A DNA stretch of 32,422 nucleotides from Candidatus Helarchaeota archaeon (lineage in GTDB: Archaea > Asgardarchaeota > Lokiarchaeia > Helarchaeales > RDOG01): positions 1 through 32,422 of the forward strand of contig JALGVI010000030.1 of NCBI GenBank assembly GCA_029838215.1, in the 5' to 3' direction. Positions within the stretch are counted from its first letter, which is position 1. The number at the start of each line of letters is the position of its first letter. Shown here piece after piece: positions 8,359 to 18,270 of this stretch. The position numbers were made by a program, and so were the translations under genes. The notes beneath the pieces were generated by a model. It was not told the DNA's origin. It did not search any database and saw nothing but the letters and a program-made list of their open reading frames with translations.

Positions 8359-8566
8359 TGACGGTCCAATTTGTTTTTAATCGATTCTTCCAAGACTTGA
8401 AAAATTGAAAAAATCACAAAGATTTAAGAAAAAATCCGGGCATTTCACCTAAAATCCAACTTTTTTTTAAGATTTTCTCTTTATAAAAAGCGAAAGGATT
8501 TATATTAGAATATGGGATTGATAGGTTCATATATATACTACTCTTCCAATATCGCGGAGGGTCATC

Positions 8567-9454
8567 ATGGCTTGGCAACCATACGAGATTCTGGATAAAA
8601 CAGAAAATACGGAAAATATTTACAAGATAATCGTCCTAGGGGATGGATTTGTAGGTAAGACAGCCATTACCGTCAGATTTTGCGAAAATCAGTTCAAAGA
8701 TGAATACATCATGACCATTGGGGTCAATTTTGGAACAAAGAAATTTCGTTATAAAGGAACGTCCTATACGCTTCAAATTTGGGATATTGCAGGTCAAGAG
8801 AGATTTGGGGCTTTTAGAACTTCGTATTATAGTGCTGCTGTAGGCGTAATTTTGGTTTATGACGTAACGAATAAGTTGACATTTCTTGATCTACCAAATT
8901 GGACTTGTGAATTTCAACAATTAATTGGAACCAAACCTGTAGTCGTAGTTGGCAACAAGCTAGACTTGCCGGACTCGGGACAGGTTGACTCAAGAACGGG
9001 CAGACCTTATGAGAAACAGGTGGGTTTCAAAGAAGGTAAGTGCTTTGCAGATTCCATAAATGCGACTTTTCTTGAGACTTCAGCAAAGGGAAATTATAAT
9101 ATTGATAACATGTTTACGGCTTTGGTAGATTCGGTAGATGAAAAATTGTTTTCAAACATGCTCAATGTAAATTCGTTTAATTCGATTGATTTAGGCTTTA
9201 ATAAGCTCTATAGTCTCGTTTCAGGAAATGACGTCAGCAAGATTTACGACTCATTAATGATGCTAAAGCATTCTATTTTTCAACAAAATCCATATTCTGT
9301 GGTGCTTGGGAATATAAACGAGTGGATAAATTACCTGCCAAAGGCTCCTTATACATCAGAAGTTAGTAGCTTATTACTTAAAAGCATGGATGTCTGGCAA
9401 CAATATTATGAGCAGAGCTTGAAAGAAGGCGAGGCAGTCTCTTCAAGAATTTAA
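8567..9454 (+). CDS. Rab-like small GTPase with G4-alpha4 insert and ~100 aa C-terminal extra domain
   Basis: GDGFVGKT, YIMTIGVNF, QIWDIAGQERF, LVYDVT, NKLD, ETSAK; SD-like GGAGGG upstream. Confidence 0.93.
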   Translation: MAWQPYEILDKTENTENIYKIIVLGDGFVGKTAITVRFCENQFKDEYIMTIGVNFGTKKFRYKGTSYTLQIWDIAGQERFGAFRTSYYSAAVGVILVYDVTNKLTFLDLPNWTCEFQQLIGTKPVVVVGNKLDLPDSGQVDSRTGRPYEKQVGFKEGKCFADSINATFLETSAKGNYNIDNMFTALVDSVDEKLFSNMLNVNSFNSIDLGFNKLYSLVSGNDVSKIYDSLMMLKHSIFQQNPYSVVLGNINEWINYLPKAPYTSEVSSLLLKSMDVWQQYYEQSLKEGEAVSSRI

Positions 9455-9474
9455 TTTTTCCTTTTTTTTCTTTT
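9455..9474 (+). terminator. U-rich archaeal terminator candidate
   Basis: TTTTTCCTTTTTTTTCTTTT immediately after the stop codon. Confidence 0.5.
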
Positions 9475-9557
9475 ATCTAATAATTATTAATGCGAATTTT
9501 TAGTTTGAGTGTTAATTTTTTTCAATTATTTTGCAAACCGATGAAGAAAAGAGCTCA

Positions 9558-10601
9558 TTATCGTTTGAAGAAAAAATTGTGACTCAAGAGCTGCACGGTC
9601 GCAATAATGGTAACCAACATGATAAAAATTGTCGTGATCATGAAAAAATAGGACAGAATCGTCAAGGTTATAAAGCCGACATTGAGTACAAGTGTTGACA
9701 GCAATGTATTTCGTAGAAATTCCTTTTTTGATGGTTTATCCTCAAACCGGATTATAAAGGTGAATAAAGCAGCGATTGCAAGAAGGATAAACGGAAAAAG
9801 AAGCCACATCATTGGATCTTGGAACGATTCATTTAGTGTATTATTAAAATGCGGGGCGGTGGCAACATCAACGATGAGATGTAACCAATTCATTGTATAA
9901 AACGCGCCATATTGATTAATTAGGATCTCAGGTCCAGAACAGACAAATCCGTTATTGATTATCCGATTGAGATAAATGGGAGTTCCATCTTCGAGAAAGA
10001 CAACGGTATACCAATGTAGTGGAGTTTCCGCGGCATATGCATTGTAACCAAGATATTGCAAGAAAGAAGCGGTTACCACTGCCTGAGCTTGACAGTCGCC
10101 GTGACCTGAAATTAATGCTTCGGTAGGTGTCGCCACTCGGAGAATGACGAAATATTGGAAGTGGATGTTCAAGTATTGAATCTTGAAAAGACAAAAATCG
10201 CTAATCAATTCGAGTTTTGCCGGTTTATCGAGGGCCGCAAATTCCGTTTCATTGATGCTTTTTGATGAGTTCAGCCAGTCGTATAACATGTTCGGTTCAG
10301 AGGAATTAAGTGCGGTTACGGCGGGAGCATTCGGAGTGATCAGGGTGGAAACATTGACGTGTCGATAGAATTGTTCGGGCCAAATAAAAGGATTCGAAAC
10401 CAGAATGAAGAAACAAATGAATAATGCTATTGGTAGCTTGCCCGCGCGCCGCCAAAAATTCTTTTTTCGCAAGCAACAAATTCCGGTAATGAGGACGATT
10501 ATTAATAGTCCAGAAATGAATGCGAAATAAATCGTAATTAAGAAAATGTAAAAAATGAGTAATGGAATTCCCACGTATAGAAAGAATTTCTTCCAATTCA
10601 A
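9558..10601 (-). CDS. polytopic membrane protein with transglutaminase-like (Cys-protease fold) domain
   Basis: TPTEALISGHGDCQAQAVVTASFLQYLG (catalytic Cys) and HWYTVV (His). About 3 N-terminal and 3 C-terminal TM helices; several N-glycosylation sequons in the soluble domain. Confidence 0.8.
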   Translation of the reverse strand: MNWKKFFLYVGIPLLIFYIFLITIYFAFISGLLIIVLITGICCLRKKNFWRRAGKLPIALFICFFILVSNPFIWPEQFYRHVNVSTLITPNAPAVTALNSSEPNMLYDWLNSSKSINETEFAALDKPAKLELISDFCLFKIQYLNIHFQYFVILRVATPTEALISGHGDCQAQAVVTASFLQYLGYNAYAAETPLHWYTVVFLEDGTPIYLNRIINNGFVCSGPEILINQYGAFYTMNWLHLIVDVATAPHFNNTLNESFQDPMMWLLFPFILLAIAALFTFIIRFEDKPSKKEFLRNTLLSTLVLNVGFITLTILSYFFMITTIFIMLVTIIATVQLLSHNFFFKR

Positions 10602-10611
10602 AGGAAACCCA

Positions 10612-11466
10612 TCATTCTTCGATATTTATGATCTTGTAGTTGTGTTTCCATGCAGGTATGTTTTCAAGCATGGCTTGACGGCTTTGTTCGTTCCAACCGT
10701 AATTTTCGAGGTAACGAATCCATTGCGTCATGTTCTGCACGGTTACGGAAAAAGGGACTTCCTTAAATATGGAGTATCGAGTGATTTTAAGAGCCACCGT
10801 TGCAGCTGCTTGGTTGTCAATGGTTTTCAAGATTTGTTCCAGTTCATCAAATGCTTGATCGATGGGCAATGCTTTAACCTTAGGTATCATGATGGACTGC
10901 CTGTGTTCTTTAATGAGATCGTAAATGCTTGCGAATAGGCGATTGATATTCCGACCGCTTTTCGCAGATACTTCGATATATGGTGCGTTAATATATTTGG
11001 CAAAATTTTCGGCTTCATCCGGAGCAACCATTCGGTCAGGCAAATCAACCTTGTTTCCTACGACGATCATCGGCGTCCTGCCTGTTTCATCCTGAAATTC
11101 CAGAACCCAGTTCTCAAGGTTTCCAAAAGATTCATAGACGGTTGTATCAAAAACGAGAATTCCACAAGATGCACCCCGATAATACATGTTTCTCAGGCTT
11201 TTGAATCGGCTTTGTCCTGCAACATCCCAGATTTGGTATTTCATATTTTTTCCATCAAGACGCAAAGATTTTATGAAGAAGTCGGCACCGATCGTCATTT
11301 TATAGCCTGATTTGAAAAGCCCCTTACAGAATCGGGTTCCAATAGCGGTTTTTCCAACGGCTCCGTCACCCAGAAGTATCAATTTATAGAGAGCATCATA
11401 CTCGGCATTATCAGGAAGCGTTTCCAATTGAATGTCATCATCGTCGGATTGGGAAATAATCATCAC
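10612..11466 (-). CDS. Rab-like small GTPase with ~95 aa C-terminal extra domain
   Basis: EYDALYKLILLGDGAVGKT, YKMTIGADF, QIWDVAGQSRF, YYRGA, NKVD, EVSAK. Confidence 0.93.
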   Translation of the reverse strand: MMIISQSDDDDIQLETLPDNAEYDALYKLILLGDGAVGKTAIGTRFCKGLFKSGYKMTIGADFFIKSLRLDGKNMKYQIWDVAGQSRFKSLRNMYYRGASCGILVFDTTVYESFGNLENWVLEFQDETGRTPMIVVGNKVDLPDRMVAPDEAENFAKYINAPYIEVSAKSGRNINRLFASIYDLIKEHRQSIMIPKVKALPIDQAFDELEQILKTIDNQAAATVALKITRYSIFKEVPFSVTVQNMTQWIRYLENYGWNEQSRQAMLENIPAWKHNYKIINIEE

Positions 11467-11771
11467 CTTGCCTATGGCTCAATTGTCCTTGCATGATCAA
11501 ACAATTGTGTTCTCACACGATATGCAAGACCATTGAGGATTTTATTTTACAAATAGTTTTCGTTTGATAAATTTTTGAACTATTTATTCGGGATTTCTCT
11601 GCCAACATGGAGAGATTCGATGCTATTCTTTAAGATCATCGTGAATGCCATCATTTCTTGATGGTTAAGTCAAAAATCAGTTTCAATTTTAATCCAAAAT
11701 GGTGTAACCGAATCATTGATGAATATAAAACTCGCGACAAAAAGTAATAAAAGTAAAAAACGAAAAAATAC

Positions 11772-12293
11772 TTGATGCAGGCTTATACTCATTTATTAAC
11801 CGGAATCCTCATTGAACTCTTGTGCTTTTTATTCATACCTATGGAATATTTCTTTTTTGCGATATTTTTGATGTTAACTCTTGCCTTTTTATCTCATGCC
11901 GTGCTTGATCCGCTTGCGAGATTCACGTACCACCCGCCGGAAGCCCATTGGAACGATTCTTTCTGGAAATATTATCATGTCATTATTAGCATGATTGCAT
12001 TTGTCGTCATGATTTCATTCGTTTTAATCGAATGGACTCTTGTTTTAGGCATGTTCATGGCATCATTGTTTGACATCATGGACTGGGGAGCGCGCTTCTT
12101 GAGAAAGTATCAGGGATTTCATTTGGAGTGGTATGATCGTCCATTCTTGCACGATTTCTTTTGTGCACCATTAAATCGTCTTTTCAAACCATTGCCCAAT
12201 TGGAATGAAGAAAAAAAAGGCATCCTGCCCGAAATCGCATTAAATATTGCCCAAATCATCCCCATAATTTGGCTAATTATCGTTTTCTTATAA
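11772..12293 (+). CDS. putative membrane metal-dependent hydrolase (YdjM-like)
   Basis: N-terminal THLLTG, LSHAVLD and further His/Asp residues among about 4 TM helices; TTG start; 17-nt convergent overlap with the next gene. Confidence 0.55.
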   Translation: MMQAYTHLLTGILIELLCFLFIPMEYFFFAIFLMLTLAFLSHAVLDPLARFTYHPPEAHWNDSFWKYYHVIISMIAFVVMISFVLIEWTLVLGMFMASLFDIMDWGARFLRKYQGFHLEWYDRPFLHDFFCAPLNRLFKPLPNWNEEKKGILPEIALNIAQIIPIIWLIIVFL

Positions 12294-13170
12294 TTTGTTT
12301 TGCTTCTCGAGTTAGATAAGTTGCGATCTCGTGAGCATGATTTTTTCCAGTTGCTGATTGCATGTTTTGGAGTCCACAGGCAGTATTGCATTCATTTAGT
12401 ATGAGCCCTTCCTTAGTATTAAAAGCATCGAGGATCATTACTTCGCCACGAAAAGCCGCAAAGATAGAACGGTTGAATGCTCTTAATTCGGAAGAGATCT
12501 CCTGCTTTTTTAAGAGTGACGCCCCGCAAGCACTGCATTTCCAACCATCCTTCAATTCAGCACTAGCAGCATCTTTGGTCTCGCCTTCAATCACGAATGA
12601 ACGAATTATCTTGTCGTAAACGATTCGTTCTTGCAGTAAGAAATAATCCCGTGTTCCAATCAAGTCTCTTGATGCATTCATCCGTTCTTGAAGGATACAG
12701 AGTCGATGCTCTAATTCGTGCTGATCTTGAATTAAAAATGCGTCTTTTCCTTGCAGGCTGGAATATAATGGCTTCATCACGAGTGGATACTTGATTTGAT
12801 TAGCCGCTTGGAGGTTTTCTTCAAGAAATTCGCTCTGTATGGAGATCAGTGCTGTTTTTGGAACGGAAATGCCGTGTTGTTGGGCGATGACAGTCATCAA
12901 GTATTTATTTTGTGAATGCAGAAAATAAAAAGGACATGGGATGATGCGGGATTCGCACGAGACAAGTTGATGATATAATTCGAAAGTCCACTTGAGCCCA
13001 CTGAGGCGAGAAAAAATCACATCGAATCGATCAAATTGAAGAAAATTTGTAAGTTGCAGTTCATCGCTAAATAAAACAGTTGCTTCAGCACCTAATTTTT
13101 CAAGTTCGCCTTTAATTTTCATTCCATATTGAGCGAATTTTCGAGAATTGTTTACAATTGCGATTTTCAC
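12277..13170 (-). CDS. RimK/LysX/CofF-like ATP-grasp ligase
   Basis: QNKY...HGISVPKT, YPLVMKP, LLQERI, IRSFVI, ILD, LILNECN; GTG start. Confidence 0.85.
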   Translation of the reverse strand: MKIAIVNNSRKFAQYGMKIKGELEKLGAEATVLFSDELQLTNFLQFDRFDVIFSRLSGLKWTFELYHQLVSCESRIIPCPFYFLHSQNKYLMTVIAQQHGISVPKTALISIQSEFLEENLQAANQIKYPLVMKPLYSSLQGKDAFLIQDQHELEHRLCILQERMNASRDLIGTRDYFLLQERIVYDKIIRSFVIEGETKDAASAELKDGWKCSACGASLLKKQEISSELRAFNRSIFAAFRGEVMILDAFNTKEGLILNECNTACGLQNMQSATGKNHAHEIATYLTREAKQIIRKR

Positions 13171-13209
13171 GGATTAAAACTCCGTATTTTTCGTAATGAA
13201 ATTGAGGAA

Positions 13210-13614
13210 TCAATCATAATTGACTTCGCAAGCACCCAGATCAATCATTGGTGCATCTACGATGAAAAGTTCCTTTACAAGTCCTTTTGTCACGTCAATT
13301 TGAATGACTTCTCGATCTTCTAGCGGTTTTATTGCTTCAACATCAATACAAATCGGTAGATTCTTAATTGTTTGATCGGGAATCACGTTGAAATTGATGT
13401 CTTTTGAATAATTGTGAAAGAAGTCAACGGTACAAGCGACCTCTTTCCAGCCACCTTTGGTCATTGGTCCACAGCTCCCTTTTCTCAGGTAAATGAAGAG
13501 TCCAAGGTCATTTTTGTTCTGTTCTTCTTCTAACTCAAGAGATTCTTGAATTGCTCGCTCGATCTCTTTTTTGGCTTCATCGGAAAATTGAAATTTCATT
13601 GCATTTAGTTTCAT
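13210..13614 (-). CDS. HesB/IscA-like fold protein (tentative)
   Basis: MKFQFSDEAKKEI..., LFIYLRKGSCGP, LPICIDVEA...IQID, C-terminal DLGAC resemble the HesB/IscA pattern. Confidence 0.5.
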   Translation of the reverse strand: MKLNAMKFQFSDEAKKEIERAIQESLELEEEQNKNDLGLFIYLRKGSCGPMTKGGWKEVACTVDFFHNYSKDINFNVIPDQTIKNLPICIDVEAIKPLEDREVIQIDVTKGLVKELFIVDAPMIDLGACEVNYD

Positions 13615-14018
13615 AAAAAAATTAAATTATTCATGATTTTTCATTATATCTATCGTAAACGTGACAAGATCATGAGAAAAACGATACTGAGAAGGTTAAA
13701 AAGTAGCAAATGATTCGGCGTATTAAAAGGAAAATAAGGGACATTCGCAGAAATGATAAATAGGGTGAATGAAAATATTAAAAATTAGAGTAATTTTACG
13801 GATTTGATCATAAAATAGAACATATAATAGGTATTTGTTCACGGATTTATAGATTTTTCGAATGATTTTATTTCTTTTTACAATCTTACTTGTTGTTTAT
13901 TCAAACCAAAGCATAAAAATGAATTCAATAGGTTTTAAGTGAATAATTTTCAAAATTATCGCTTATTAATGATAATTTCTTGAAAATATCTAATAAAATC
14001 GATAGTTTTCGGTGATAA

Positions 14019-15371
<1,353 letters not shown>

Positions 15372-15377
15372 GTTATA

Positions 15378-15407
15378 TTCTTCTTTCTTTTATTCCTTTT
15401 TTTCTTT
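15378..15407 (+). terminator. U-rich terminator candidate after gdhA
   Basis: Long pyrimidine/T tract directly after the stop codon. Confidence 0.45.
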
Positions 15408-15494
15408 GATTATCAAAAAAAAAATGTAAATATTTTTTTGATATTTCCTTAAATTGAGGAAAATTTTGATTGAAATCCGCTTGAATCTTGCATT

Positions 15495-16274
15495 TTAATC
15501 AAAACGGCGATCGAGTGCAGGTATTGGCTCAATTTTATGTCGTGAACTTTTCATTCGATTCATGAGAGCGACATATTTGTCATCATCTTTAGGATGACGT
15601 TTTTGGTGTATTTCTTCAAGCATTTCATCTAGTTTTTCATAAGTTACGGTAAATCCCAATTGGTTTGATAGTTCATCTTCATCGGTTTGTCCTTCCCATA
15701 ATCCCGCAGTAGGTGTGCGCTTGATGATTTTTTCAGGGATGCCCAAATATCGGGCGAGTTGTCGGACTTCGTGTTTATAAAGATGTTGAATGGGTAGGAA
15801 ATCCACACCACCATCACCATATTTCGTGAAATAACCGATGTCATCTTCGGATTTATTTCCCGTTCCTGCGACAAGATAGTTATTAAGATTGGCAAAGAAA
15901 TAGAGAGTTATCATGCGTAATCGGGGCTTGATATTGGCCTTCGCAAGTTTAAAGGAGCTCTCAGTGCCATAATCTTTTATGGTTTTCATGAACTGATCAA
16001 ATGTATCCGATAAATCAACAACAAGGTGCTTTATACCCAGAAACTCGACCATGATTTTTGCATCAGCAAGATCAGCCTCGCTCGAATGACAAGGCATTAG
16101 AAGACCCAGAACCGAATCTTCGTTGGACGCCCGGACACAGAGCGTTGCTGTAAGAGCGGAATCAATGCCTCCACTCAGACCCACTACAAAACCCGCTGCA
16201 TTAGCATTTTTCTTGATTATTTGGATGAATTTCAAGATGCGCTCGAGTTCTTTTTCTATATTTGGAATGGTCAT
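15495..16274 (-). CDS. nadE: NH3-dependent NAD+ synthetase
   Basis: VVGLSGGIDSA, NIKPRLRM, GTGNKSE, GYFTKYGDG, PTAGLWEGQTDEDEL. No glutaminase domain. Confidence 0.97.
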   Translation of the reverse strand: MTIPNIEKELERILKFIQIIKKNANAAGFVVGLSGGIDSALTATLCVRASNEDSVLGLLMPCHSSEADLADAKIMVEFLGIKHLVVDLSDTFDQFMKTIKDYGTESSFKLAKANIKPRLRMITLYFFANLNNYLVAGTGNKSEDDIGYFTKYGDGGVDFLPIQHLYKHEVRQLARYLGIPEKIIKRTPTAGLWEGQTDEDELSNQLGFTVTYEKLDEMLEEIHQKRHPKDDDKYVALMNRMKSSRHKIEPIPALDRRFD

Positions 16275-16407
16275 TTCTCTACACCAGAAGATCTTGTTGA
16301 ATTTTAATAAAAATGGAATTTGACTTCAAGAATTAGGAAATTTTTCGAATTGAAATATTTTTTGAATAGATGAAATGAATTTTTTAAAAAAATGAGGGAA
16401 GACGGAT

Positions 16408-17859
16408 TTAGTAATCCAAGTATTTCATGATTTCCCACGGTGTTACGTAAAGACAATATTGGTTCCACTCGTTAGTCTTATAATCAATGAATGTATCGAA
16501 AATATGGCTGCCTAACGCTTCCTTTAAGACTTGGTCAGTACTCAGCTCTTGAATTGCATCTCTAAGAGTGGTAGGTAATTGATCAATGTTAAGATCTTTC
16601 TTTTCTTTTGCGCTCAGTTCATAGACATCAACATCACGGGACATTCCGGGATCAATTTTCTTTTTGATACCATCCAATCCAGCTGAGAGTAATGCAGCAA
16701 ATGCCAGATACGGGTTTGCACTTGGATCAATGCCTCTATATTCAATTCTTCGTCTTTTTGCATATTTAGGTCCTTTTAGATATACGGGGATCCTGATCAA
16801 CGCAGATCTGTTTCGCTTGCTATAAAGAACATTAATTGGTGCTTCAAATCCAGGAACGAGTCGTTTATATGAGTTTACTGTTGGTGCACAAATTGCAGTT
16901 AATGCTTTTGCATGTTCCAACAAACCACCAATATAATATCGGCATGTTTGACTGAGTTCAGCATAATCATCGTCTTGATCGTAGAAAATATTATTCCCAC
17001 CGGTAAAGAGAGACATGTGAATGTGCATTCCGCTGGCATTATCCAACATTATGGGTTTTGGCATGAACGTGGCTATTAATCCAGCTTCTTTTGCTATATT
17101 TCGGGCTGCAAGTTTATATACTTGTATTCTATCAGCCGTTTTAAGCATGTCTGCATAACTGAAGTTTATTTCAACTTGACCGTTAGTTGCAACTTCATGA
17201 TGATGCATTTCAACAGTATAGCCCATTTCAATAAGCACGTCAGATAATTGATTTCTATATTCAGTTGTCGAGTCTTCGGGTGGATTTCTGAAATATGCTT
17301 CTTTTGGTCTAATCATGTATCCGCCTAAAGTGCAATCTTGAGATTTGGGCATTATTCGAGGAGCACCCCAACTATCTCCAGAACCGCCTGCAGGAGAAAC
17401 ATACAGATCATAAGTCAAACGCGATGGATCAATGGAGTTAAACACGAAAAATTCAATTTCAGGACCGAAATATGGTGTAAAACCCATTGCTTTTGCTTTT
17501 TCTACAGCTCTTCGAGCAGCATACCCACGTGGATCAACATCCGATGATTCCGTGCTTCCGTAGGGCTCTCGAATATCACCGATTATTACAGCAGTTTTAT
17601 GCTTTCCTTCCGTCCATGGAAGAATATAAATCGCTTCTTTGTCGGGGAAAAAAATCATATCGCTATTTTCAATACTCTTAAAGCCCCGAATTGAAGAGCC
17701 ATCGAAACCTATTCCAGTTTCAAAATACCGGTCATTTTCAAGGTAATTTTCTATGGGTGAGCTGAAGCTTTGAAAGATACCCCGAACGTCTGTGAATGCG
17801 TTTAGTATCCACCGCACGCCGTTCTTTTTGAGTAATTCTCTTGCTTGTCCAATATCCAT
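16408..17859 (-). CDS. glnA: glutamine synthetase type I
   Basis: FDGSSIRGF, GPEIEFF, HHHEVATNGQVEI, FMPKP..DNASGMHIHMS, NSYKRLVPGFEAP, NRSALIRIP, IEYR..DPSANPYL. Confidence 0.98.
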   Translation of the reverse strand: MDIGQARELLKKNGVRWILNAFTDVRGIFQSFSSPIENYLENDRYFETGIGFDGSSIRGFKSIENSDMIFFPDKEAIYILPWTEGKHKTAVIIGDIREPYGSTESSDVDPRGYAARRAVEKAKAMGFTPYFGPEIEFFVFNSIDPSRLTYDLYVSPAGGSGDSWGAPRIMPKSQDCTLGGYMIRPKEAYFRNPPEDSTTEYRNQLSDVLIEMGYTVEMHHHEVATNGQVEINFSYADMLKTADRIQVYKLAARNIAKEAGLIATFMPKPIMLDNASGMHIHMSLFTGGNNIFYDQDDDYAELSQTCRYYIGGLLEHAKALTAICAPTVNSYKRLVPGFEAPINVLYSKRNRSALIRIPVYLKGPKYAKRRRIEYRGIDPSANPYLAFAALLSAGLDGIKKKIDPGMSRDVDVYELSAKEKKDLNIDQLPTTLRDAIQELSTDQVLKEALGSHIFDTFIDYKTNEWNQYCLYVTPWEIMKYLDY

Positions 17860-17900
17860 TTTCTTTCACTCATTCATATTTTAAAAGATATATTTATAGA

Positions 17901-17939
17901 ATGTTCAGATAGCATTTTAAGTTACCTTAACATGTTCAG
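17901..17939. promoter_or_regulatory. ATGTTCAG direct repeat upstream of glnA (candidate operator)
   Basis: Identical 8-mers at 17901-17908 and 17932-17939, 31 bp apart. Confidence 0.4.
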
Positions 17940-18101
17940 TTAAAATACAAAAATATGATACACAATTTATATTTTTTCCGTCCCGAACAATATTGCTACG
18001 ATTAAAAATTATTTATTGTTTCGTTTTTTTTTCATGATTTTGCATGTTTTGATTTATTTGAAAAAAATTTTGATTATTTTGTGCACCTCTATTTAAATAT
18101 T

Positions 18102-18157
18102 GAGCTGAACAGGCGATAAGGAATTCAAGTTGAGGCACTATCTCTGTTCAGTAGCTC
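18102..18157. other. intergenic imperfect inverted repeat / stem-loop
   Basis: GAGC-TGAACAG-G-C-GATA ...20 nt... TATC-T-C-CTGTTCA-type pairing with a 3-nt bulge. The arms contain CTGAACAG (18105-18112) and CTGTTCAG (18144-18151). Confidence 0.55.
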
Positions 18158-18270
18158 TTAAAAGCGTTGAACAACTTTTGAGTTTTGTAATGTTGAATTC
18201 GGATATCATCACGTCAAGATAAGCTGATTTACGAAATTTGGGTATTTTTTTAAACTAAAGAATAAAAAAA

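Noticed and set aside
13210-13614. HesB-like selenoprotein
   Set aside because: The motif position is a Cys codon (GSCG), and there is no in-frame TGA.
18102-18157. Hairpin as a SECIS element for read-through of the upstream TGA
   Set aside because: There is no clear AUGA/GA or GAA/A core. The TGA at 18271 is followed by a U-tract and ends a complete protein.
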